DNA of 64,000 bases from Candidatus Thorarchaeota archaeon SMTZ1-45 (GTDB lineage Archaea > Asgardarchaeota > Thorarchaeia > Thorarchaeales > Thorarchaeaceae): assembly GCA_001563335.1 (NCBI GenBank), contig LRSL01000076.1, forward strand, positions 1 to 64,000. The letters are read 5' to 3'. The notes under the pieces were generated by a model, which saw only the letters and a program-made list of their open reading frames with translations, was not told the origin of the DNA and did no database searches. This document shows positions 18,525-27,440 of the stretch, one piece after another (within the stretch, counting starts at the first letter, position 1; every line of letters starts with the position of its first letter). The position numbers were made by a program, and so were the translations under genes.

Positions 18525-19060
18525 TGGAGGTCATAGGAAAAGCTGGACGTGTCGATAGATTGTCAGGACTGGAGATTGAGAATGAGAATATATTAGGACA
18601 TTTCAAAGAAGCGATACATAGGTCTGATGATTCTGAAGAAGCGAAGTCCGTGGTTAGTGCTGAATATTCATGCTTGAGATCTATGATGCTTGAACCTCAG
18701 AATACAACAATGTGGAATTCACTTGCCTTGGTCTATATGTTGTCAGACAATGTAAGTGATGCTGAAGAGGCTATTGAGAGGTCTCTAGATATCGATACAT
18801 CAAATGCATGGACTTGGTCTATTTGGGGTGATCTCCTCAAACATATGGGAAGGTTAGTTGACGCAGAACGTGCTTTTCGAATGGTATTAGAGCTAGATCC
18901 GAATGACACACATGCTTTGCATCAATCAGTAACAATCTATACTTTGAGAGATGCTTATCCTGAAGTACTTGATATGCTCCAGAGATTAATCCCACTCACA
19001 CCAAATGATCAAGAACTGTGGGATGCATATTCTGCTTGTCTTCGAATCATCAGATATTAA
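18524..19060 (+). CDS. Tetratricopeptide repeat protein
   Basis: WNSLALVY...AEEAIERSLDID; WGDLLKHMGRLVDAERAFRMVLELDP. Confidence 0.8.
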   Translation: MEVIGKAGRVDRLSGLEIENENILGHFKEAIHRSDDSEEAKSVVSAEYSCLRSMMLEPQNTTMWNSLALVYMLSDNVSDAEEAIERSLDIDTSNAWTWSIWGDLLKHMGRLVDAERAFRMVLELDPNDTHALHQSVTIYTLRDAYPEVLDMLQRLIPLTPNDQELWDAYSACLRIIRY

Positions 19061-19123
19061 CATTTCTTTACATTTCGTTCTCTTACCAAAACAATAAAGC
19101 AGTATCATCTATTCACCTACTTC

Positions 19124-20323
19124 ATGGAAATAAGAATAATCCCATTCTTTTCACCCATCTCACCTAAAGATGTAAGGGATGAGGTGCTCGCAGAGTTGTC
19201 CACCACCAAGGTAAAGATCATTGATCCAAAAGACTACAAATTCGAATCTTCTACTGAGAGAAACTATCTATTAATTGGAACTGGCGGCACTGAGAATGAT
19301 GTTCGAAACTTCTTGGCAAAACATCCTTTGCCCGAACCAGTTATTATTCTCAGCTATGATCTTCGTAATTCCCTTCCAGCGGCAATGGAGATTAGATCAT
19401 ACCTCCAGCAACAAGAAACCAACTCTAGGATAATTCATTCTACACTTCCTGAGCTTGTCCAGCTGATCTCTGATTGGTCCAATTTTGCTGAGATCCTTAC
19501 AAAACTAAGAGAGAGCTCACTAGGTATAGTTGGTCAACCTTCCTCTTGGCTTATAGCATCGATAATCCGCCCTGACAAGGTAAAGAAACGTTGGGGTTTG
19601 TCCATAAAGCAACTACCTTTAGATACACTCATAGAGGCTGTAAAATCAACTGGAAATTCAGAATACTCAGACTCATTCAAAAGGTCATCCACATTATGTA
19701 CCCCCTCTGATGATGAAATTCGTAAGGCAGGGCTAGTGGCTCAAGCCCTGAATAAATTGACGTATGAACATGAATTGAACGCAGTCACTGTTGAATGCTT
19801 CAATCTTCTCATGGAAACAAGAGTTTCGGGTTGTTTTGCGCTTTCTCTTCTTAATGACTTGAAGGAATCAACTGCTGGTTGCGAGGGCGATATTCCTGCG
19901 ACTTTCACAATGATGTTGGGACATATGCTCACTGGACAAATTGGTTTTATGTCGAATGTCACCCATGTTGATAAAGTAGAAAACACTGCTGTATTCGCTC
20001 ACTGCACACTCCCCACAACACTAGCAGAAAGCTATGAGATCACCTCTCATTTTGAAACAGGACTAAGTATCGGAATACGTGGAACCTTCAAACATCAACC
20101 AGTCACAATATTCAAAGTATTTGGAGAGGACTTGAGCGAGTATTGGGTTTCTGATGGTGAGATCATTGAGAACCTAGTGAACGAGACAGGTTGTCGAACA
20201 CAGATTCGTGTTAGAATGAATGAATCCGTAGACTATTTCTTAGAACGCTCTCTAGCAAATCATCACATTATCTTCTTGGGTAGACACGCAGAAAGAATTC
20301 GTAGGTTCTTCTCTTTTACATAG
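19124..20323 (+). CDS. L-fucose/L-arabinose isomerase-like protein
   Basis: AVTVECF, AGCEGD, FAHCT, SHFETG, CRTQ, ANHH motifs. Confidence 0.8.
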   Translation: MEIRIIPFFSPISPKDVRDEVLAELSTTKVKIIDPKDYKFESSTERNYLLIGTGGTENDVRNFLAKHPLPEPVIILSYDLRNSLPAAMEIRSYLQQQETNSRIIHSTLPELVQLISDWSNFAEILTKLRESSLGIVGQPSSWLIASIIRPDKVKKRWGLSIKQLPLDTLIEAVKSTGNSEYSDSFKRSSTLCTPSDDEIRKAGLVAQALNKLTYEHELNAVTVECFNLLMETRVSGCFALSLLNDLKESTAGCEGDIPATFTMMLGHMLTGQIGFMSNVTHVDKVENTAVFAHCTLPTTLAESYEITSHFETGLSIGIRGTFKHQPVTIFKVFGEDLSEYWVSDGEIIENLVNETGCRTQIRVRMNESVDYFLERSLANHHIIFLGRHAERIRRFFSFT

Positions 20324-20495
20324 AGTTTTCCATCTACAGTAATATTGCGACAAAAATGTAATCCATCACTCCTATTAAAGTCCCATAGAAATGTGATAAA
20401 GCTAACTCACGAATGGTCGTCACTGCTCATTCAGTCACGTTAGACTGCAAATCTTTCTATCGAATCTCTCTAGACCTGCTTTGAACCATTAATGG

Positions 20496-21266
20496 ATGAG
20501 AAGAGAATTGGGATTGACTGAAATGCTACTGACGCCCTTCCAGACTGCTGATAAGATTCATCGAATCATGTGCAAGACAGGGATCCCTACTCTCGACAGT
20601 CTACTTGATGGTGGTTTTGAGAGGGGTCTTGTCTACTTGTTTTATGGTTCTGAGTGTCTTCACACTGACCTTCTAAGAGCTGCTGTACATGCGCAACTTC
20701 CTCTTACTAGTGGAGGATTTTCAAGTCCAACAATCATGATAGATAGTTCGAATGTGGTGGATATGGTAAAGCTAAGGGACCTCTCCTTCCAACTGGGTCT
20801 TGAGCCAGAAAGCGTTATGGATATGATCTATATCTCACGAGCATTCAACTCAACTCAGACCTATGACCTTGTCATCAATCATCTCGATGAGTTCTTTGAG
20901 CGAATACCTGCAAAAATCTTAATCCTTCCAGGTTTAATTGACCTCTTTATCAACGAAGGTTTGGAGTCTGAACGAACAAGGCAGATGACTCATCTAGCTG
21001 CGAGAATCAATGCATTCACTCTAAGACATAATTTAGTCACTTTGATTTCAACCCGTATCAATAACACTCACAAAAAATATCCTCCAGTTGGAAGGACTCT
21101 CGCTAGTTCTGCGCAAGTCCATATCCACGTTGATGAAACTCCAATGCGAATTGTTTATTCACTTACAAAACATCCAAGCTTGCCAATACGAAGCGAATCA
21201 TTACTGAAACTGGGTTCTGCGTTTGGTACTACACTTCCCCTGGACTACTTCTTCAGTGATAAGTAA
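20496..21266 (+). CDS. RadA/Rad51 paralogue with degenerate Walker A (probably ATPase-inactive)
   Basis: KTGIPTLDSLLDGGF, VHAQLP..SGG, IYISRAFN; YGSECLHTD replaces GxxxxGKT. Alternative start 20523. Confidence 0.8.
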   Translation: MRRELGLTEMLLTPFQTADKIHRIMCKTGIPTLDSLLDGGFERGLVYLFYGSECLHTDLLRAAVHAQLPLTSGGFSSPTIMIDSSNVVDMVKLRDLSFQLGLEPESVMDMIYISRAFNSTQTYDLVINHLDEFFERIPAKILILPGLIDLFINEGLESERTRQMTHLAARINAFTLRHNLVTLISTRINNTHKKYPPVGRTLASSAQVHIHVDETPMRIVYSLTKHPSLPIRSESLLKLGSAFGTTLPLDYFFSDK

Positions 21267-21267
21267 T

Positions 21268-22926
21268 CTACTTGAGTGATTTTCCACACTCTGGACAGAA
21301 CTTTGAGGTTGCAGTGATTTCTGCTTTGCATTCAGGACATTTACCAACGAGCTTTGTGTAGAGTGGTTCTAATTTATCACGAACTCCTTCTTTCAACAAT
21401 TGTCTATTCCAAATGTCATCAATTCCCTTTTGGAATGATTTGATGGAATTTGGGATCTGAAGCACATTACCAGAGTCGCAAGCCACATGAAATGATGTTT
21501 TGAAGGACGCACTGTCCTTCATCTGCTTGTTCACAGTCTTTCGAACGAAGCTTTCTAGCCTATCATCAAGTGGACGGTGCGTATAAGGTAGACCGAATCG
21601 ATCCTCTGGCATGATGATTGGTGGGAATACGATAGGATTTCCTGAGGTATATGTCGCAACCCATGTCTGGATGTTCATTAAAGTTAAAGGTGCTAGACCT
21701 TTAATCGAGTCATTTTCAAGTGTGAGTTTCTGAATGTTCTTAAGCTCAAGTTGTAATGATTTAACACGCTTTTCGACAATTCCATCCATTTTCTCAATTG
21801 CATCAATAACTTGCTTCTGAAGGTTCTTGAACTCAAGCTCCTTTGCATTCTTTTCGTCGTGCAATTCCTCTAACTTTGCTTGAAGGTCTTTGGTTTGAGT
21901 ATTGACCAATTCTTCTTCTTTATTGATGTCTTCTTGAAGTTTGGACTCTAGATCTCCAACACGTCCAATAGCTGCGTCAGCAAGATCATTGAGTGAGTCA
22001 ATGACATCGGTATATGTTGGTACAGTTACTGAGAGCTCATCGACGAGGACTCTATATCTCTCGATTGCATCTTCAAGTTCAAGCTGACTCAATGCTTCAC
22101 GTGTGGATTTTATATCCTCTATCAATTGGTTAAAGAACCGTTCAAGCTCGACGCTATCTCTAACAAACTCTGCTAAGATGACTCTTCTGTCCTTCTGGAG
22201 TTTGTCCTTCAGACTGTATACTTTCTCAGACATGCGATCCTGAATTTTTTCGATCCGAAGTCGAGATGAGTCCTCATGTGTATTGAGACGTTTTTCCCAA
22301 CGGCTCATTTCTGCAGCCATTACATTTTCCATTACTTTGATTTGGTCGGTGAGTTTTTCTTTGGTAATCTTCTGAAGTCCTTCCATCGTACCAAGCCGCT
22401 GACGTGCACCTTCAATCAGATTCTGAAAGTCTTCGCTGACAGTAAGAGCAAGCTGTGAGTCAATCTTCAAATCCAGCAGGTTAAGTTTCTCGTTTGGATC
22501 AACCTCTCTTACACGATTTCCCTGAGCAACAAAGAGGTTTGGCTCCTGGACATTTCTAATTTGATGGACTTTTGGTACCACATCTCGTAGCAACGGGAGT
22601 GCTTTCTCAACTCCTGGAGGAATGTCCTCGAATCTGGTTATCTCAGTACTTAATATCCGCCGGACAGGTCCAGATGCAGTGTCCTCACTTAGCTCCATCT
22701 TTATTGTTGACTCACCAATTGCTGAGAGAACAATAGAGTTGGTGTCTGATATTTGGACTATCCAAAAAGGTACAGACACAGGTGATAGGAACTTGAGATT
22801 TGCTTTCCCTTTCTTGTTTGATTCGGCTAGAATGAATGCCATTGCAAGGGCTGCTTCATTTGTATCAACTACCAGTTTATTCCCTTTTTCACGAAAGAGA
22901 TAATCCAACGTAATCTGTCGGACCAT
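21268..22926 (-). CDS. Long coiled-coil protein with C-terminal zinc ribbon
   Basis: Central heptad-rich region; CPECKAEITATSKFCPECG at the C-terminus. Confidence 0.75.
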   Translation of the reverse strand: MVRQITLDYLFREKGNKLVVDTNEAALAMAFILAESNKKGKANLKFLSPVSVPFWIVQISDTNSIVLSAIGESTIKMELSEDTASGPVRRILSTEITRFEDIPPGVEKALPLLRDVVPKVHQIRNVQEPNLFVAQGNRVREVDPNEKLNLLDLKIDSQLALTVSEDFQNLIEGARQRLGTMEGLQKITKEKLTDQIKVMENVMAAEMSRWEKRLNTHEDSSRLRIEKIQDRMSEKVYSLKDKLQKDRRVILAEFVRDSVELERFFNQLIEDIKSTREALSQLELEDAIERYRVLVDELSVTVPTYTDVIDSLNDLADAAIGRVGDLESKLQEDINKEEELVNTQTKDLQAKLEELHDEKNAKELEFKNLQKQVIDAIEKMDGIVEKRVKSLQLELKNIQKLTLENDSIKGLAPLTLMNIQTWVATYTSGNPIVFPPIIMPEDRFGLPYTHRPLDDRLESFVRKTVNKQMKDSASFKTSFHVACDSGNVLQIPNSIKSFQKGIDDIWNRQLLKEGVRDKLEPLYTKLVGKCPECKAEITATSKFCPECGKSLK

Positions 22927-23010
22927 TAAATCACCCTTTAGATGAAAAGTTGTGAACCTTCAGTCTTTATTTACGTTTGTTGGGTTGCCCCTCACGAGGT
23001 TATGTACTAT

Positions 23011-23868
23011 TTACCATTCAAACTCCATATCCGTGGAGTCAATGCGAAGGTCATCTCTGAGTTTCTCGCCGGAAGTCTGCAATGGAAACTCAACAAACGG
23101 ATCAATGGACAATCCAACTTCCAAAACCACCTTTAGAAGCAGTGAAGTCTTGATGAGTTTACCCGCAAAAGGAATCATTGTAAGCCAATCAAAATGTATT
23201 GTTTCATCAATCCAACGACCATAATCATTCGATGTTAGTGGTATACGTTTCTCAGTGATCCCAATTTTTGAGTCCAATTTATTACCTTTGCAGATAATAT
23301 CTTCACGACGTAGAATTTCTATTCGAAGTCCCTTTATTCGAGACCTCTCCATCACTAGATATCGGATTTCAAATCCCCTTTTGGGTCTGAGAATATTTGT
23401 AGGAATTTCAACCTGGAGATTGTCAGTTTCTTTTCCAATTGGTAATGGCTCTGGAACAGGTTCAGGGATGTACTGTGGTAATTTTGATTTTACATTAAGC
23501 TGAATCTTTGATTTTGGATCCAATGCTCGGTCAATCTCGATGACTGCTTCAATAGTATAGTCAATCTTACCACGAAAGCCTATGTGGACCGGAGGTATGT
23601 TTTCGGGAAGCTTGAACTCAAACTCGAATCGTGTATTCCCTGAGTAAAATTCCCCTCCCTCACAGATTGAAATGTCTTTATGTAGAAACTCATGAGTTTC
23701 ACTAATATGGACCTTTCCTGCTTGATAGTGTGTATATTCCTTTCCTCGAACCTTCAGAATAATTCTATTACATGAAAAATCCTTGTCAGTGGCTATCATG
23801 ACATGTCCACTGACTAGGTCGCCTGGAACAAAATTGTCTTTCTCAGTATGGATTGTTACTTCTCTCAT
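23011..23868 (-). CDS. Arrestin-fold protein (alpha-arrestin/SpoOM/Vps26-like), copy 2
   Basis: FVPGDLVSGHV, ILKVRGKE, FEFEFKLPENIPP..G..GKIDYTIEAVI. Confidence 0.8.
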   Translation of the reverse strand: MREVTIHTEKDNFVPGDLVSGHVMIATDKDFSCNRIILKVRGKEYTHYQAGKVHISETHEFLHKDISICEGGEFYSGNTRFEFEFKLPENIPPVHIGFRGKIDYTIEAVIEIDRALDPKSKIQLNVKSKLPQYIPEPVPEPLPIGKETDNLQVEIPTNILRPKRGFEIRYLVMERSRIKGLRIEILRREDIICKGNKLDSKIGITEKRIPLTSNDYGRWIDETIHFDWLTMIPFAGKLIKTSLLLKVVLEVGLSIDPFVEFPLQTSGEKLRDDLRIDSTDMEFEW

Positions 23869-23933
23869 GTCTGACTCAGCCAACCAATTATCTCTAATTC
23901 TACTCGAGACCAAATAGGGTTTTCTTCCAGTAT

Positions 23934-24794
23934 CTAGATAAAACCAAGATCGAGTTCTATTGACTCAAGAATATCATTAACTGTTTCTTCTGGCTTCTCA
24001 CCTGAAATTCTAATTTTGAAAGATACATTCGGGTCAAGTTCCCACTTCATCTCAAGAACAACTTTGAGAAAATACGATGTTCTCACGAGCTTTGATTCGA
24101 AAGGAACACGCTGCCATCCCTTTCCCATTATTTCCTCTCTCCAACGATGAAAGTCTCCAGTGGTAAGAGGGATGAACTTCTTTGTTATGACAACGTCATG
24201 AGTACCATTTCTACTCCGACACTTGATGTGTTCTTTTCTCCTTATCTCTAAACGTACTCCATTCACACGTGAATGTTCATCTACCATAAACCGAACTGGA
24301 AGACCCTGCTTCATTCTTAGAATATCACTTAGTAGCTCAACATGAAGAACATCTAAATCTTTGTTCATTGGATTGTAGCCATCTGCTTCAGGGATATATG
24401 CAGGTTGGATTGGCAATACTCTGAATCGTCTTGTCATCTTTGGATCAATTGCCCAATCCATCTCCACAACAGCTTCCGCACTATACTCAATGAAACCACC
24501 ATACCCAGAATAAGTCGGCGGAAGCTCGTTGTCTAATTTGAACTTGAACGGGAACTCACTCTTACCAATAGGAATCTCAGTTGCTTCACATAGCTCAATC
24601 TTCCCTTGAAGATGTATAACATCATCAGTTATCCTTGAGTCGCCTGACCCCATCTCGGTTCTTTCCTTACCTTTGAGCTTCAAAATGACTCGGTTACACT
24701 CAAACGCTTTGTCAGTTTCCACAACAACCACACCGCTTATACAATCCCCTGGTTTGGCATTCCGTTGCGAGAACTTGATGTCGATAAACCTCAT
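23934..24794 (-). CDS. Arrestin-fold protein, copy 1
   Basis: PGDCISGVV, ILKLKGKE, EFPFKFKLDNELPPTYSG.GG.IEYSAEAVV. Confidence 0.8.
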   Translation of the reverse strand: MRFIDIKFSQRNAKPGDCISGVVVVETDKAFECNRVILKLKGKERTEMGSGDSRITDDVIHLQGKIELCEATEIPIGKSEFPFKFKLDNELPPTYSGYGGFIEYSAEAVVEMDWAIDPKMTRRFRVLPIQPAYIPEADGYNPMNKDLDVLHVELLSDILRMKQGLPVRFMVDEHSRVNGVRLEIRRKEHIKCRSRNGTHDVVITKKFIPLTTGDFHRWREEIMGKGWQRVPFESKLVRTSYFLKVVLEMKWELDPNVSFKIRISGEKPEETVNDILESIELDLGFI

Positions 24795-24903
24795 TTGATG
24801 TTCCAACCACTTTGCAAATCTTCTCGTGGAAGTAAATATTCTTTTGCAGCGAAAAACGAACAAAGCAGAAAATTAATATTAACAATTGTTAATATCCTTC
24901 AAC

Positions 24904-25938
24904 ATGAGCCGACTAATTTTTGGACTTACGATATTTCTCACATTGTTCCTTGTGATACCTCCAATTGCAGCCCATGTACCAATTTCTACGCAAGATGGTG
25001 AAACATTGGAAACTGCGTTCTTCATCGAAGACCCTACAAAGAGCTGGGTGATCTATTCTGATTTACATAAAGGTGCAGAGCCTCGATATTTTGGATTTGA
25101 GATGGATGTCGGAGAAAGAATCAGAATATTGCTCTCAATTCCTATCATTACAGATCCAAATGCGTTTCAACCCTCTATCGCATTAATGGGTCCTGGTTTC
25201 ACAAATTCAAGTTCAATTCCTGCATTTCTAGAAGTTCCAGAATCTGCTGGTGTAATGATTTTCGAAAGTGAACCAGCAACTCCTGAGTACGAAGGATTCA
25301 CACCTACGAGTTTCTATGCACTTATTGATATCGACATGGAAGTCGTAGTATCTGGTGACTATTATTTTGCTGTCTTTGAAGAAGATGAAAGCGGTCCATT
25401 TTCTGTTGCTCTCGGTTATGTGGAATCCTTTACCTTCGATGAATGGCTACTTGTGCCATTTGATGTGATGATAATCCATCAGTGGAATGGTCAGAGCTTG
25501 GTATTGATACTTGCTCCAATGATCATAAGTGTCCTGCTAGGTATAGGCTATCTCTTAAGCAGAAGGCGTGATTTATTGGAATTAGAAAGCACGGTTTCAT
25601 GGCTAGGTGTCCTTGGAGGATTGCTATTCTTTGGTAGTGGAATAACCATTTTCTATCAGATGATAGTTGCCTCGTTAACAGCGATAAATGCCCAACTCAT
25701 AATCACTGCAATCTTCGGTATTATTCCAATTCTATTGGGATTCTACACATTGAGAATTGTTTTAACTGATGGTTGGAAAAAGCAACGTGGTAAACGAATC
25801 CGCCTCTTAATTTTGGGTATAGTTGCCCCATTCCTATGGTCAGGTCTATTGATTGGACCTGCTTTAGTTATTCTTAGTGGAATTGTAGCATCAGTTGGAG
25901 CTTCAGAGACCTATGAGAGAAGGTATGCTCCTCATTAG
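24904..25938 (+). CDS. Membrane protein with signal peptide, extracellular domain and ~4 C-terminal TM helices
   Basis: Signal-like N-terminus ending AAHVP; YEGFTPTSF; hydrophobic C-terminal half. Confidence 0.7.
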   Translation: MSRLIFGLTIFLTLFLVIPPIAAHVPISTQDGETLETAFFIEDPTKSWVIYSDLHKGAEPRYFGFEMDVGERIRILLSIPIITDPNAFQPSIALMGPGFTNSSSIPAFLEVPESAGVMIFESEPATPEYEGFTPTSFYALIDIDMEVVVSGDYYFAVFEEDESGPFSVALGYVESFTFDEWLLVPFDVMIIHQWNGQSLVLILAPMIISVLLGIGYLLSRRRDLLELESTVSWLGVLGGLLFFGSGITIFYQMIVASLTAINAQLIITAIFGIIPILLGFYTLRIVLTDGWKKQRGKRIRLLILGIVAPFLWSGLLIGPALVILSGIVASVGASETYERRYAPH

Positions 25939-25956
25939 CTATGTTATATCGATTAC

Positions 25957-26658
25957 TCATTCAATTGAAATGGGTAATTCTTCTCCACTAACGAAAATGA
26001 TAGCCCCTGGACTTGCTAGTGTTATACCTAGCCCTCCCAGAAATGGCTCTCGATCTCTTTCTGATAGAGTTCTCTTTAGTAGAATCCTCTTTGCGCACAT
26101 CATAGCTAGGTCATGTGTGACATGAACATAGGTGCTGGCTTCTCTGTTGCTGAACAATCTCTTGACTGTATCCGTCAGCAATCTATCTTGGTATTCAATA
26201 AAAGGTTCCATTCTTTCACCAAAATCCCCATCCACCCATTTGTTTACAAAATCAGTGACATTCCCTCCATCTGGATGAAGATTTGTCCAGACTTCCATTT
26301 CAATGATATGAGGACCCACAAGCGATGGAAGTAAATCAATATCAATTACTTCTCCGCCTTGCTCCTTGAATCCTGCAGCAATAGCTTCTGCAGTTTCGAA
26401 ACATCTAGGAACGAAACTCGTGAAGATGTGCATCTTTCCCTTTCGATCTATTCTCTTCCCAAGTTCAAAAGACATCCTCTTACCTAGCTCAGTCAGACCC
26501 CCACTCATCATCTCATCATGGTTCTGGAGAGTATCTCTGTGAGAGTGTCTAACAAGAAGCATAAGTGGTTGATTCTGATCTATTGTTGAAACCCATTCAA
26601 GAACTCGCTTGGCATTGGTGAGCCAGTCTTCTGTGTTCCATTTCTGTTCATCATTCAT
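25957..26658 (-). CDS. Histidine phosphatase family protein
   Basis: LVRHSHR, LTELG, RCFETA, HVTHD. Confidence 0.85.
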   Translation of the reverse strand: MNDEQKWNTEDWLTNAKRVLEWVSTIDQNQPLMLLVRHSHRDTLQNHDEMMSGGLTELGKRMSFELGKRIDRKGKMHIFTSFVPRCFETAEAIAAGFKEQGGEVIDIDLLPSLVGPHIIEMEVWTNLHPDGGNVTDFVNKWVDGDFGERMEPFIEYQDRLLTDTVKRLFSNREASTYVHVTHDLAMMCAKRILLKRTLSERDREPFLGGLGITLASPGAIIFVSGEELPISIE

Positions 26659-26678
26659 TTGTGTCTAATCTCCTCCAA

Positions 26679-27134
26679 TCAAAAATTCTCTCGCACACCA
26701 ATCTGGATAACGCGATAGCAACTCGGACATGTAAGTTCGTTTGAACCTATCCATTTGGCTTTGCCAAGCTCAAGCTTGTCCATGCAATGAGGACAATACA
26801 ACGGTATAACATAGACAGCTCCAGTTATTACACTATCATGGGTCGGATACTCAGTTGATGTAGTGTCATATCCAGAATATGGTGGATAAAAGGCGTGCTG
26901 GACCATTTCTTGATCACTTGGTACATTACATCCTTTACTCAATACAAGTCCAACTATACAAAACGTAAACAACATTAATCCAAATGTGCCTCCTAGAATT
27001 GGGAATAGGATTGGCCAAACATATTCTGAAAGGTCCAATGTTTCAAACAAGATGAATAAAAAGAGGAATGTGACGCTAAATCCAATGATTATTGGGAGGA
27101 AGACGCGGGTCCAGACATAGCTACTCAAGTGCAA
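26679..27134 (-). CDS. Two-TM membrane protein with C-terminal zinc ribbon
   Basis: Two hydrophobic helices; CPHC...CPSC. Confidence 0.65.
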   Translation of the reverse strand: MHLSSYVWTRVFLPIIIGFSVTFLFLFILFETLDLSEYVWPILFPILGGTFGLMLFTFCIVGLVLSKGCNVPSDQEMVQHAFYPPYSGYDTTSTEYPTHDSVITGAVYVIPLYCPHCMDKLELGKAKWIGSNELTCPSCYRVIQIGVRENF

Positions 27135-27440
27135 TCACTGTTTGCCCTCAAGATTCTTGTCCTATAAAGAAGTCGCCTAAGTTGAGAAACATAGTGTATC
27201 TCGGAAGAACCGAGCTTCAAAGATTAATAGAAGTGCCAGTCGAGTACTCGAGTTGACAGTGCTCCTCCTGTTAGTTTCGACTATCTCTCTCGGTCTGGCT
27301 AGTACATTGGAAAGTATCTCTAGGTCTAAGAAAACCCTTGTACAAGCGTTTTCCACGGAGCGATATCGAGGCGTGGCAGGTACCGTAAAGGTTACTTACA
27401 GTCAGGTGTGTGCAGACCTGAATGGTCGAGGTCAAAACAG

